39,207 nucleotides of DNA from a virus. Lineage: Duplodnaviria > Caudoviricetes. The notes beneath the pieces were generated by a model. It had not been told where the DNA came from and did no database searches. It saw only the letters and a program-made list of their open reading frames with translations. The stretch is taken from positions 1-39,207 of the IMG/VR virus record IMGVR_UViG_3300043436_004117; one strand, 5' to 3'. Both the position numbers and the translations under genes were made by a program. Positions 1-8,308 of this stretch are shown here, piece by piece (position 1 is the stretch's first letter; each line of letters opens with the position of its first letter).

Positions 1-102
1 ACATAAAGATTTCCCTCTAGCGGTGCGCTTTGTTGTTAAACAGCGCCAGCAGATTGACTATGACCGCGCTTGGCGATTCACTAGGGAGTAAGTAACCACA
101 GT

Positions 103-363
103 CTAGTCTCTGCCTGAGTGTTTGTTGGTCAACAGGTATTTTGCGTGGCTATCAAGGCAAGCCGAGGAACAATAGAACCACTCGTCGTAAACACGCGCAA
201 CGCCTAGTTCTAGCGCGCAAACACGCGTCAAATAGTTATCTTGTGCGGTTGTGATTCCTTTGCCGCACCAAGCGCAATCCTCATCGTTTCTATTCGAAAA
301 CCGAACATAGAGAATCAAACTCACTATGAACACGCCGAATACATACCAAAGGCCCTGCATCAC
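103..363 (-). CDS. small membrane-anchored protein with putative zinc-binding motif
   Basis: N-terminal TM helix; CAWC and YCSSAC motifs; 4-nt overlap with upstream gene. Confidence 0.7.
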   Translation of the reverse strand: MMQGLWYVFGVFIVSLILYVRFSNRNDEDCAWCGKGITTAQDNYLTRVCALELGVARVYDEWFYCSSACLDSHAKYLLTNKHSGRD

Positions 364-959
364 TGTTCCTCCTCCAAAATGTCGTCCGAGTCCGCTACTT
401 GCCAGCCATAACTAGAAAGTTCCTCTTTTAGTTGTGCGTTCGTCAAAGGTATGACTATTGACTCAGCAATTTCTGCGCTCTTCTCTAGACCCTCACCAAT
501 TGGGCCTTCGGGGTCGTTGTAAGAAGCAAATTTCCAGCAGGCTTCACCTTCATCGTCTATCCCCAAAATACCCATCACCAAAATCAGATGGTTGGTTGTC
601 ACATCTAGAGTTTGGACAACCAAAGCGGTCTTCACATCTGGATTGGTTTCTGCCATCTTTGCTAGTTCGCCTTTAGCAAGCGCTCGTTCTGTAACAGGTA
701 GTTCTGCAATAAAGGATTCGTCTATTCGACCAATAACCACAGCGCCCACCAAAGAAGCAAGCATGCCGTCAAGGTGAATTCTATTTTTGTCGGATAAATC
801 AAACCCTGACTCGTTTATAGGTTGCGCAAATACAGACCTCGAATGGCCTATCGCGAACGAGGTCGTTAGTATCGCCCCGTCGCGATGCCACATATGTATG
901 GCTTCTTCCAGCAAAGACAAAGAAATCTCGTCGATGGTTTGGTTCATATTATTTGTCAT
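360..959 (-). CDS. hypothetical protein (~199 aa)
   Basis: Long ORF in a tightly packed operon; ATG at 959 overlaps the end of the upstream gene and is preferred to the track start at 1004. Confidence 0.7.
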   Translation of the reverse strand: MTNNMNQTIDEISLSLLEEAIHMWHRDGAILTTSFAIGHSRSVFAQPINESGFDLSDKNRIHLDGMLASLVGAVVIGRIDESFIAELPVTERALAKGELAKMAETNPDVKTALVVQTLDVTTNHLILVMGILGIDDEGEACWKFASYNDPEGPIGEGLEKSAEIAESIVIPLTNAQLKEELSSYGWQVADSDDILEEEQ

Positions 960-1191
960 CAGCGGATTTCTTTTGAACTCTTTTGATTGTTGCCGCGACA
1001 GCATCTGGGGTGAGAACAGGGGCTTTCAGTTTGATTCGCACATCGTTAAGTAGGCGTGATATTTCTGCCTGCTTGACACCAGATGCAACCAAATCAACGA
1101 TGAGTTGATTCCTCTCGTCGTAGGCGTGCAAGCCAAGGACAATTGTTTTTTCTAGTTTTGCGAGTTGCTTTAGTTGTTCGTCTTTTGTCAT
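949..1191 (-). CDS. putative HTH DNA-binding protein
   Basis: RNQLIVDLVASGVKQAEISRLL resembles an HTH; ATGA coupling. Confidence 0.6.
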   Translation of the reverse strand: MTKDEQLKQLAKLEKTIVLGLHAYDERNQLIVDLVASGVKQAEISRLLNDVRIKLKAPVLTPDAVAATIKRVQKKSADDK

Positions 1192-1469
1192 TTTGGGGGA
1201 TCCGTCTTAATTGAATTGACCTCTACTGAGACCACTTGTGATTTTTTGATAGTTGCGTGGTTACCGTTGTAGAACATGACTCGTGCTAGCGATGGCCTAG
1301 TAGGTGTCGCCCACCTAATTAGAATCGCTCTCCTTCCATTTTCTATTTCGACCCTTGCTCTCTTCGAAGCGAAAACAATCATCTGCTGGTGGGTGAATGA
1401 CGCCACTGGCTCTGATTCGATTCGGTTGTGAAGTGATGCCGATTCTAGTTGGTGACTGTGCTCGGTCAT
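1188..1469 (-). CDS. hypothetical protein
   Basis: ATGA overlaps on both sides. Confidence 0.65.
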   Translation of the reverse strand: MTEHSHQLESASLHNRIESEPVASFTHQQMIVFASKRARVEIENGRRAILIRWATPTRPSLARVMFYNGNHATIKKSQVVSVEVNSIKTDPPK

Positions 1470-1819
1470 GTTTGGTGTCTTACATTCGCGGCAAGGGAGC
1501 GTTGGGCATCTAGGCGCGCTCGAAGAGATAACAAGCCTTCCTTGCAGGCTTGCCGTCTAGCCTCAGCAATTTTCCAGTTCCTAAAGGCCTCTGCGCATGC
1601 CCAATCGCATCGCGCTTGCTTTTCTTGCGCGGTCATCTTGACTTGGCTGTCGATAAGGCCGATGAGGTGTTTCGCAGACTGCAATTTGAAGTCGGCTTCC
1701 TTCTCGGCGGCCGAATCGGACAGTTCGGCATAGATGTAGGTTTGGCGTTCTAACTCTTCCGAGAGAGCAACAATCCCCTCTTCGATTTCTGCTTGGGCTA
1801 ATAGTCGATGGGTAATCAT
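1466..1819 (-). CDS. helical/coiled-coil phage protein
   Basis: Amphipathic helical sequence; ATGA coupling. Confidence 0.7.
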   Translation of the reverse strand: MITHRLLAQAEIEEGIVALSEELERQTYIYAELSDSAAEKEADFKLQSAKHLIGLIDSQVKMTAQEKQARCDWACAEAFRNWKIAEARRQACKEGLLSLRARLDAQRSLAANVRHQT

Positions 1820-2316
1820 TGCATCGCTTTCTTTGTGGCTTTGACTCGCGCTAGGGCCAGCGATAGATTCCCGTTTTCGAGGTCGCTCTCTAGTTCGTCG
1901 AGTATTTCAGTTAGAAGGCGCGCCGATATGTTCGGGCGGTGGGTTTGTGTTTCTCGTCCGTTGACGAAGGCTGGCGCTACATAGACCGCGCATTTCAATC
2001 GGCGTTCGGTCAGCCGCGCTACGAGTCCAGCCTTGTGTAGTACCGACAATGCGCCTGAAGCCGTACCGTGATGCCAGCCTGTTTTGTCTGATAGTTCTTT
2101 CCAAGTCAATCCGTCGTCGCGGCTGAAAAGCAAAAGCGAAAGCGTGCGTTTTTGGTTTTGGCCTGTCGTGCCGTTTTTGTCTTGGCGTTGTGCGCGTTCC
2201 TCACTGGTGTCGGATCCACTCCAACCGCTAGTCCCTCCGTAGGGCAGGACAACTAGGTGTTGGTTGCCTACCTCGAAAAGTGTCGGTGTTGTATTTGGTT
2301 CTGGTTTTTCTCTCAT
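1816..2316 (-). CDS. winged-helix DNA-binding protein
   Basis: GLTWKELSDKTGWHHGTASGALSVLHKAGLV wHTH pattern; RBS AGAAAGGGAA. Confidence 0.75.
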   Translation of the reverse strand: MREKPEPNTTPTLFEVGNQHLVVLPYGGTSGWSGSDTSEERAQRQDKNGTTGQNQKRTLSLLLFSRDDGLTWKELSDKTGWHHGTASGALSVLHKAGLVARLTERRLKCAVYVAPAFVNGRETQTHRPNISARLLTEILDELESDLENGNLSLALARVKATKKAMQ

Positions 2317-2327
2317 TGTTTCCCTTT

Positions 2328-3485
2328 CTAAATGATTGAGACCGTGTTTAGCATCGGCGCTTCATCGCTGAGGCGTTCAAGTGCGATTTGTGCGTACTCA
2401 GGATTGAGTTCGAATCCGATGTAGTCGCGGTTGTGGCGTAGTGCCACGACGCCAGTAGTGCCAGAGCCGTTGAAGGGGTCTAGTACAACGCATCGTTTCT
2501 TTTGGTGCGTGCCGCAAGCGCAGGAAGGCTCCCATCCCACTAACCGTTTGGGGATTGTTTCCATGTCGACGCTTTGAAGCCTTGTCGTTTTGTCGCGACC
2601 CGGTACTACGCCGAGAGTGTGGTCGCGCGTGCGGCGTTCTTTGATTTCGCCTTTTTCGACAACGCGCTTGTATGGGGAACCGCAGTCTGCGCAACAGCCT
2701 GCTTCGGATGTTCCTGCAAGTATTGAAGGGAGCACCAAGGCTTCAGGCATCACTGCGAAGTGTGCGCCCTTGAAACTTGCTGGTGGGATAGTCCATACCG
2801 ATCGCTTGTTGCGGCCATTTGGGTTTACGAAGCGGTCGCCCATTTCATCGACATCGATTCCTCCCTCACTGGTCTTTGCTGATGGCCTGTCTGTTTTGAA
2901 GGCGTGCTTTGCTCGCTCGATACTTACTTCGGAGACTGGTTCTTTGATTGCTTCGTTGTCGAAGTAGTAGCGAGAGGACTTGGTGAGCAGGAATACATAC
3001 TCGTGTGATTTGGTGCAACGGTCGGTTACGGACTCTGGCATCACATTTGGTTTGTGCCAAATGATGTCTTGCCGCAACCACCACCCGTCGGCTTGTAGTG
3101 CTAGAGCCACGCGCCAAGGTATGCCGACGAGGTCTTTTGGTTTCAATCCTTGAGGAACGATCGCTGAGTGGGCGTGCTCCATATGGCGTTCATTGTTTTT
3201 CGCACCGAGGTTTCCTGCTGGCCCTTTGCCTGAGCCTGCGTATGAGTCTCCGAGGTTAAGCCATACCGTTCCGTCGTCTCGAAGGACGCGTTTGATTTCT
3301 CTGAACACCACAACCATTTCGTTTATGTATTCCTCTGGGGTTTGTTCAAGACCGATTTGGTCATCGGTGCCGTAGTCGCGGAGACCCCAATACGGCGGCG
3401 AGGTGATAACGCAGTGGATTGAGGCGTCTGGTATTTCAGTTAAGCGTTGTCGAACATCGCCTTGGAGGACTTTTGCGTCAGCCAT
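2328..3485 (-). CDS. N4-C/N6-A DNA methyltransferase (beta class)
   Basis: TSPPY catalytic motif before the [12 protein letters not shown]-binding motif; IIWHKPN and HEY motifs; Cys-rich insert. Confidence 0.95.
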   Translation of the reverse strand: MADAKVLQGDVRQRLTEIPDASIHCVITSPPYWGLRDYGTDDQIGLEQTPEEYINEMVVVFREIKRVLRDDGTVWLNLGDSYAGSGKGPAGNLGAKNNERHMEHAHSAIVPQGLKPKDLVGIPWRVALALQADGWWLRQDIIWHKPNVMPESVTDRCTKSHEYVFLLTKSSRYYFDNEAIKEPVSEVSIERAKHAFKTDRPSAKTSEGGIDVDEMGDRFVNPNGRNKRSVWTIPPASFKGAHFAVMPEALVLPSILAGTSEAGCCADCGSPYKRVVEKGEIKERRTRDHTLGVVPGRDKTTRLQSVDMETIPKRLVGWEPSCACGTHQKKRCVVLDPFNGSGTTGVVALRHNRDYIGFELNPEYAQIALERLSDEAPMLNTVSII

Positions 3486-3517
3486 GATTCCCTTTCTTAT
3501 TTTTCATCATGCCAATT

Positions 3518-3853
3518 CTAGTCGGCAGGTGTGCGGTGCCGCAGAAGGCCTAGTTCATATGAGCGCGCTGGGTTGGCATGGATGTAGTCGTGGTGCGCGC
3601 GGCATACTGCAATCAGGTCTTCGAGAGTGTCTTTGCCTCCCTGCGAACGCATCAATGCGTGGTGCGGATCGATACGACCAGCACACCGCACTTCGGGAAC
3701 GAGGAGTCGAGCGACGCAACCGCCGTCGCGCGCAAGCACCTGTTGATAGACATCCTTGGGCACCGCTTTGGCCTTGGCCTTCATGGGTTTGCCGCGTTTA
3801 AGTGGTGCGGATTGTTTGAGTGGGGTCTTGCGTTGTAGGGGTGAGCGTTTCAT
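3518..3853 (-). CDS. HNH endonuclease
   Basis: RDGGC...DPHH...RSQGG...LIAVCRAHHDYIH; basic N-terminus. Confidence 0.85.
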   Translation of the reverse strand: MKRSPLQRKTPLKQSAPLKRGKPMKAKAKAVPKDVYQQVLARDGGCVARLLVPEVRCAGRIDPHHALMRSQGGKDTLEDLIAVCRAHHDYIHANPARSYELGLLRHRTPAD

Positions 3854-4471
3854 TTAGAAGTTCACCACCTTCATCTCGTCGAGTTGCTCTCTCAGGTTCC
3901 AGTCGTTGTTGTAGCCTGCTCGGTTCCACTCGTATGAGTTGACTGCAATCTTCCATCGCGCTTCGGTGAGTTGCTTTAGGTGTCGATAGAAAATGTGGTC
4001 GTGGGCGTGGTAGCCAAGTGCGTGGACAAGTTCGTGTGCCAAACACTCCCAAGCGTCGACCGTGTCCGTTCCTAGATTGAGTTGAACGCGGTGGCCGCTC
4101 TCGTAATGGCCGCTGGTCGTCTCTCGGTTGCGATTGACAATCTTTATTGATGGCAACCGTCGCTTTCGATTCGGATGCTGTTTCATCAGAATCTTCCAAA
4201 GCCTTACTGCTTCCTTGTCGACATCGAAACCGCATTGTGCAGTCTTGGCATCCGCGGCCTTGGCTCGCTTCGCTTTCTGTTTCTCAGTCGCTTTCAACTT
4301 GGTGGCCTCGCGCTTCTTCTCAAGCGCAGGTGCGGTTCGTTCAACCAGTCGACCAGCCTTCGATGAGCAGGGCAGGCAGTACCTTCGAACATCGTCGCGT
4401 CGAGGTCTTGATGGTGCAAGCACTCCGCTGTTGCAGTTGAGGCACTTCCACCGAACTTGTTTTGTAGCCAT
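3854..4471 (-). CDS. zinc-ribbon plus HExxH metallopeptidase-like protein (SprT/WLM/YgjP-like)
   Basis: CLNC...CLPC zinc ribbon; LAHELVH...HAHDHIFY. Confidence 0.7.
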   Translation of the reverse strand: MATKQVRWKCLNCNSGVLAPSRPRRDDVRRYCLPCSSKAGRLVERTAPALEKKREATKLKATEKQKAKRAKAADAKTAQCGFDVDKEAVRLWKILMKQHPNRKRRLPSIKIVNRNRETTSGHYESGHRVQLNLGTDTVDAWECLAHELVHALGYHAHDHIFYRHLKQLTEARWKIAVNSYEWNRAGYNNDWNLREQLDEMKVVNF

Positions 4472-4500
4472 CTTGATTCCCTTTCTTGTTGGCTAAGGAC

Positions 4501-4529
4501 ATCATAGCCGATTGTGGTCGGCAAATCAA
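4501..4529 (-). promoter_or_regulatory. sigma70-type promoter with dyad in spacer (copy 1)
   Basis: TTGATT-tGCCGACcacaATCGGC-TATGAT, 17-bp spacer. Confidence 0.8.
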
Positions 4530-4539
4530 ATCAGGGTTT

Positions 4540-4960
4540 CATCGCGTTTTTGACAGAGTGCCCCTCCCCATTCGTCAGGGGTAGCCAGTAAGCGACGAAC
4601 GGTTCGAGGTTGAAATGTAAGAGCCGGGTAAGGACAGAGTGCCACAAGAGACCTCTCGGCCTGCTTGCATCCTCCCACGAATTCTGTCGTGTCAGCGTCA
4701 GCCAGTTTCATACGGTGCCAAAGGCCTTATGCCTTGACACTAAGAGACTGGAACCTGTGCTCTCGTTCATCGAGTGACTGGCTCTTGTCGGGACGGCTAA
4801 ATCCCTGCCAGCGACTAAGCGAGTCGCGCACAGGCCGGGCAGTTTGCTCCCATGAGTCGTAACGGATGACCCACCTACTCGCCTGTCCGGGTTTGATGTC
4901 ATCGGGCCTTGCCCGGATCGGTTTCCTTGGTTTGATTCCCTTTTGTCGTTTTTGGACTGG
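4540..4960 (-). ncRNA. candidate large structured non-coding RNA / RNA-primed origin
   Basis: No credible CDS; many hairpins; 11-nt direct repeat; G-tract followed by AAAAACGC; candidate -10 TATGTT at 4963-4968. Confidence 0.5.
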
Positions 4961-5020
4961 CAAACATACCTCGCGAGTGTGCGTGGCTATTTAGGTGCAG
5001 GTGGGTGTTATGCTTTGTCC

Positions 5021-5099
5021 GTCGAGAACATGAGTTTCCTATCTACTTGACAAAGAAAGCCCAGACGGTTCCCCTTTCTCCGTCTGGGCTTTTCTTTTG
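5021..5099 (+). ncRNA. candidate ~80-nt small RNA
   Basis: Extended -10 TGtTATGCT at 5006-5014; ends in hairpin plus U-tract. Confidence 0.4.
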
Positions 5100-5100
5100 T
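5050..5100. terminator. bidirectional intrinsic terminator
   Basis: 13-bp stem AAAGCCCAGACGG/CCGTCTGGGCTTT, 11-nt loop, T-rich tails on both strands. Confidence 0.85.
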
Positions 5101-5111
5101 CTTGGTTTGGT

Positions 5112-5399
5112 TTAGTAGAAGAAGTCTGCGTTGTATTCTGACTGCTCGTATTTTGGGCCTAGTTTCGAACTTGCGTCTTCGAGGTGGGCGTTGACTCTTG
5201 CTATTTCGAATAGTTTTAAGGCTTCGCGTATGCATCCGTCGACAACCCGTTGTTGCAGGTCGAGCGCGCCATCTAGGGGTGGTACATGGCTGTTGGATGG
5301 GTAGTCGTTCCACCAGTCGAGTGGCGGCAGATTGTCGAGTTGGTTTGCGTCGACTTCTATTTCGAGCGTTACTTGGAGGAGGCGAACTTCTCTAGTCAT
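5112..5399 (-). CDS. hypothetical protein (~95 aa)
   Basis: ATG at 5399 overlaps the ERF stop. Confidence 0.65.
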   Translation of the reverse strand: MTREVRLLQVTLEIEVDANQLDNLPPLDWWNDYPSNSHVPPLDGALDLQQRVVDGCIREALKLFEIARVNAHLEDASSKLGPKYEQSEYNADFFY

Positions 5400-6054
5400 C
5401 GGTGCGCACCTTGTCTTCGACCCAAGCGAGCGCGTCGGGATGTTGGCTTGGGTCAAGGTCTGCCAGCGTGCCGTACTTGGCTACGAAGCCCTGCTTAATA
5501 CCTGCCGCGAGGCCGTTCGGTAGTTCTGACAGGATTTCCCTTATGGCCCGTTCCTCTGGCGTTCTAGGCGCTGATGGAGCCTTGGGTGGGGTTGTTGTAC
5601 CACTCGACGGGGTTTGGCGCGTCCTAGGGGCACTGGTGCGCTGTCCTGCGGAAGCCCCGTCGTCGTCCTCGGTTGCTAATCCGAGGCAGGCTTGGAGGTG
5701 GTAACGGCGGCCGTAGGAAATAGCCGATCCCGTTTCCTGCGCGGTTCGGCCCGAAGGCAAAGCCAAAGGCTCGAAACGGAGCCACTCGCCAGAGGTATGA
5801 AGAATCGTTGTGCTAATCAAAACGAACTCTGGGTTGTTGGTGCAGGCGTTTTGCATTACGACTAATCCGTGTTTTGCCAGTATCGGCCTTACGGTTTGAA
5901 TCGTGTCTGCGAGGTCGGCGTATTTGTAACCGTAGTTTCCTCCTGACTTCATTTGCACTTTGGCTTCGCGGCCTTTTTTGATTTCTGTCAAAGCGCCAAG
6001 TGCCGCGACAAGCGCAGGACTTAACTCTTTGATGGATTCGCTACTTTGCCACAT
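5392..6054 (-). CDS. erf: ERF family single-strand annealing protein
   Basis: YKYADLAD...AQETGSAISYGRRY...GLATEDDDG signature; ATG at 6054. Confidence 0.92.
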   Translation of the reverse strand: MWQSSESIKELSPALVAALGALTEIKKGREAKVQMKSGGNYGYKYADLADTIQTVRPILAKHGLVVMQNACTNNPEFVLISTTILHTSGEWLRFEPLALPSGRTAQETGSAISYGRRYHLQACLGLATEDDDGASAGQRTSAPRTRQTPSSGTTTPPKAPSAPRTPEERAIREILSELPNGLAAGIKQGFVAKYGTLADLDPSQHPDALAWVEDKVRTDD

Positions 6055-6565
6055 TGTGTTCTCCCTCGGTGATTGTGACTGTGTATCCAGTAACACGCTT
6101 GGCGCGGTACTCGTCTGGCGCTAGGCCGAGAACTTTGCGGAAGGCCGTCTTCGGATCGGCGGTAAAGGAGAAAGCATCCTGTGTGAGTCGCCATACCTCT
6201 CTCGCGGCGTTCGCTAAAGGTCGGTGCATCTCGCCCGTTGCTGGGTCTACTGCGACGCGTTGAATGATTGCTGAAATAGCGTCTTCCATCATTCGCTCTC
6301 TGCTGGAGTCGTCAATCCAAGTCGACGAAGTTCGCGGTTTGCGCTGTACCAGCCCTACGCCTTGAATCTCTGTTGAGTCGGTTTCCATTCGAGCCGCGAT
6401 ATCTTCTTGAATCTCGTCGGTCATGTATTTGAGCACCGAAGTAAGCGAGTAGCACAAGTCGAGCCGTTTGGCTAACTCTTGCAGGGTTCCTTCGGTTAAG
6501 GATTCAAGAGAGAGAATTTTGGTCTTAAAGACAATCTCCTCAAGTATCTGATTGGTGGTTTCCAT
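6041..6565 (-). CDS. hypothetical protein (recombination module)
   Basis: 174-aa ORF with RBS, overlapping erf. Confidence 0.75.
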   Translation of the reverse strand: METTNQILEEIVFKTKILSLESLTEGTLQELAKRLDLCYSLTSVLKYMTDEIQEDIAARMETDSTEIQGVGLVQRKPRTSSTWIDDSSRERMMEDAISAIIQRVAVDPATGEMHRPLANAAREVWRLTQDAFSFTADPKTAFRKVLGLAPDEYRAKRVTGYTVTITEGEHNVAK

Positions 6566-6622
6566 TTTGCTAACCCTTTCTAGGTTGTTTTCTGGTGAGA
6601 CTAAAGGCTGGGTGTATCGCGG

Positions 6623-7165
6623 TTATTCGCTGTCAGCCCAACGGTCGGTTGTTACTACTACCACGGCCTCGTCGGTTACTTCCCCGACTGGTATGACCGT
6701 CGCCCAAGCGGTCGCCATGCCGCCTTTGCCTGAAGTGATTACTACGCGCGCTGGTCGCTTCACTTTGCCTTCGAGGTAGCCCTTGGCGAATATTGTGGCT
6801 CGACGCTTTGGGTGCGCTGTAATGAACTCGCCTGTCGCTTTGTTGTCATCGTCCAAAAGCATCCAGCATTCGCCGTACTGCCCGTTAATCAATCGCGCGT
6901 TGACAAGGTTGCCTTTCGTGTCAAATAGTGCAACAAACTCTGCAAGGCCTCCGTCGTCTGCGATTTGCGCTTCTTTGAATAAGCGCTCGGCGCTGAGTCC
7001 GCTTGCCCATTGGCTTATAAAGCCGTCGGTATCGCAACGCTCAAAGGATTCGATCGCGTCTCGTTCCTTTTGGCGTGCCTTCTCGCGCAGTTGGTCTCCT
7101 GTGGTTTTCATAGTGGTTTCCCCTTCGTGGATGGTTGATATTGCTGGTGTTTGGTTGGTTTCCAT
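6623..7165 (-). CDS. conserved actinophage-type hypothetical protein, leaderless
   Basis: ESFERCDTDGFISQWA motif; ATG 6 nt after the -10 of promoter copy 2. Confidence 0.75.
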   Translation of the reverse strand: METNQTPAISTIHEGETTMKTTGDQLREKARQKERDAIESFERCDTDGFISQWASGLSAERLFKEAQIADDGGLAEFVALFDTKGNLVNARLINGQYGECWMLLDDDNKATGEFITAHPKRRATIFAKGYLEGKVKRPARVVITSGKGGMATAWATVIPVGEVTDEAVVVVTTDRWADSE

Positions 7166-7171
7166 GAGGCC

Positions 7172-7200
7172 AGCGTAGCCGACCGAGGTCGGCGTTTCAA
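7172..7200 (-). promoter_or_regulatory. promoter with dyad in spacer (copy 2)
   Basis: TTGAAA-cGCCGACCtcGGTCGGC-TACGCT, perfect dyad. Confidence 0.8.
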
Positions 7201-7214
7201 CTCTTTAGGCGCTT

Positions 7215-7380
7215 TCGCAGATATTGTGCGCCTATCGCGGATTATCAGGGATTATCATCATGATATTGAGCATATTTCGCAGAAAATAGCGAAAAAAGGC
7301 CAAAAACGCCTCAAAAAGCCGAGATATCAGTAAATATCATCAAATATCATCATGATATCGAGCATATTTTTGAGCATTCG
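7215..7380. repeat. ApT-rich phased repeat island A
   Basis: Recurrent ATATCATC/GATAT/GAGCATATTT units at roughly 10-bp spacing. Confidence 0.75.
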
Positions 7381-7535
7381 CCCCTCGGCGCTACAAAGGC
7401 CACGAACGGTAGCCCTAGACCCCAACCAGACGCGCCCAAAGCGCCCGTGTTGGCCTTAAAGGGTACGCAGGCGTTAACCGCCCCAGACTATTTTTCAGCC
7501 CGTACAAAGGCCGTTTACAGGCCTGTCGAAAGTGG

Positions 7536-7949
7536 TCAGATTTCTTCGGTCGGTTCCGCTTCGGCCGCAACTTCGGCCTCTGGCTCTACAACTACGACCG
7601 TCGCTTTGGTTCGCTTCTTCGGGGCTGGAGCCAAACCAAAAAACGCGGTCAAGACTTCCTTGGCAACTTTGACGCTTTCGAGTTGGGCTTCGGTTTCTTG
7701 GCCTTCGACGCCTTGAATACCGATCCCGCCCTTGCCGTATTCGGAAAGAACCATCACTTGACCAGTTTTGAGCACCAACGCGACAGGCGCAGGATAAACC
7801 GACGCCGCTTCAGCGACCGTAGCCAAAATGTCGTCCGAACCAAAATGCGTCACGCGCAATTCGTCAGGTGTGTCACTAATTCGGTGCTTGGCTTGGCTAT
7901 CGGTAATGACAAAAAGGCCAGCCTTGGAAAGAGAATGGGCGATGCTCAT
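7536..7949 (-). CDS. hypothetical protein, leaderless
   Basis: TAGACT 6 nt upstream of ATG; acidic C-terminal tail. Confidence 0.7.
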   Translation of the reverse strand: MSIAHSLSKAGLFVITDSQAKHRISDTPDELRVTHFGSDDILATVAEAASVYPAPVALVLKTGQVMVLSEYGKGGIGIQGVEGQETEAQLESVKVAKEVLTAFFGLAPAPKKRTKATVVVVEPEAEVAAEAEPTEEI

Positions 7950-7958
7950 TGTTACAGT

Positions 7959-8111
7959 CTATCTAGTCCGCGTAACTTGGCTCGTTGATGTAGCACTCAA
8001 ACTGTCTGACAATTTTTTCATCAAGTGCTCGACCGCTTGCAGTTCCTCGTCGCCCTTCGGAACTGTCCTCCTGAGAAAGTGCAACAACCACTGAATCTCC
8101 GACTTGGTCAC
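7959..8111 (-). CDS. small hypothetical protein (50 aa)
   Basis: GTG start preceded by AAGGAG; helical sequence. Confidence 0.55.
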   Translation of the reverse strand: MTKSEIQWLLHFLRRTVPKGDEELQAVEHLMKKLSDSLSATSTSQVTRTR

Positions 8112-8277
8112 TTTGGACTCCTTTACAACGACGGCACGACATACAAGCGCCGTGACTATGGAACCACGCATCATAGTCGCACTGGCACGCGAGCCAGTAG
8201 GGAGCGTCGATGTATTTTTCGAGGTGCGCTTCGCAAACGGGAATCCCGTCGCCCGTCATGTACAAATCAACTGACAT
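7963..8277 (-). CDS. Cys/His-rich hypothetical protein
   Basis: TAGGGT -10 6 nt upstream; CEAH, CQC and CMSC motifs; 3' half overlaps another ORF. Confidence 0.5.
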   Translation of the reverse strand: MSVDLYMTGDGIPVCEAHLEKYIDAPYWLACQCDYDAWFHSHGACMSCRRCKGVQSDQVGDSVVVALSQEDSSEGRRGTASGRALDEKIVRQFECYINEPSYAD

Positions 8278-8308
8278 ACCACAACCCTAGTCGGGTCGTG
8301 CACCTGAG

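Noticed and set aside
4615-4930. RNase P RNA-like fragments (GGAAAccgaTCCGGGC ... ACCCGGCT)
   Set aside because: Conserved GAGGAAAGUCC and ACAGAA context is not matched, and the GTGCCACA-like segment is on the opposite strand
4526-4963. Short ORFs of 61-78 aa in the structured region
   Set aside because: No RBS or coupling, they overlap in several frames, and the sequences are not protein-like; one start lies inside the candidate -10 box
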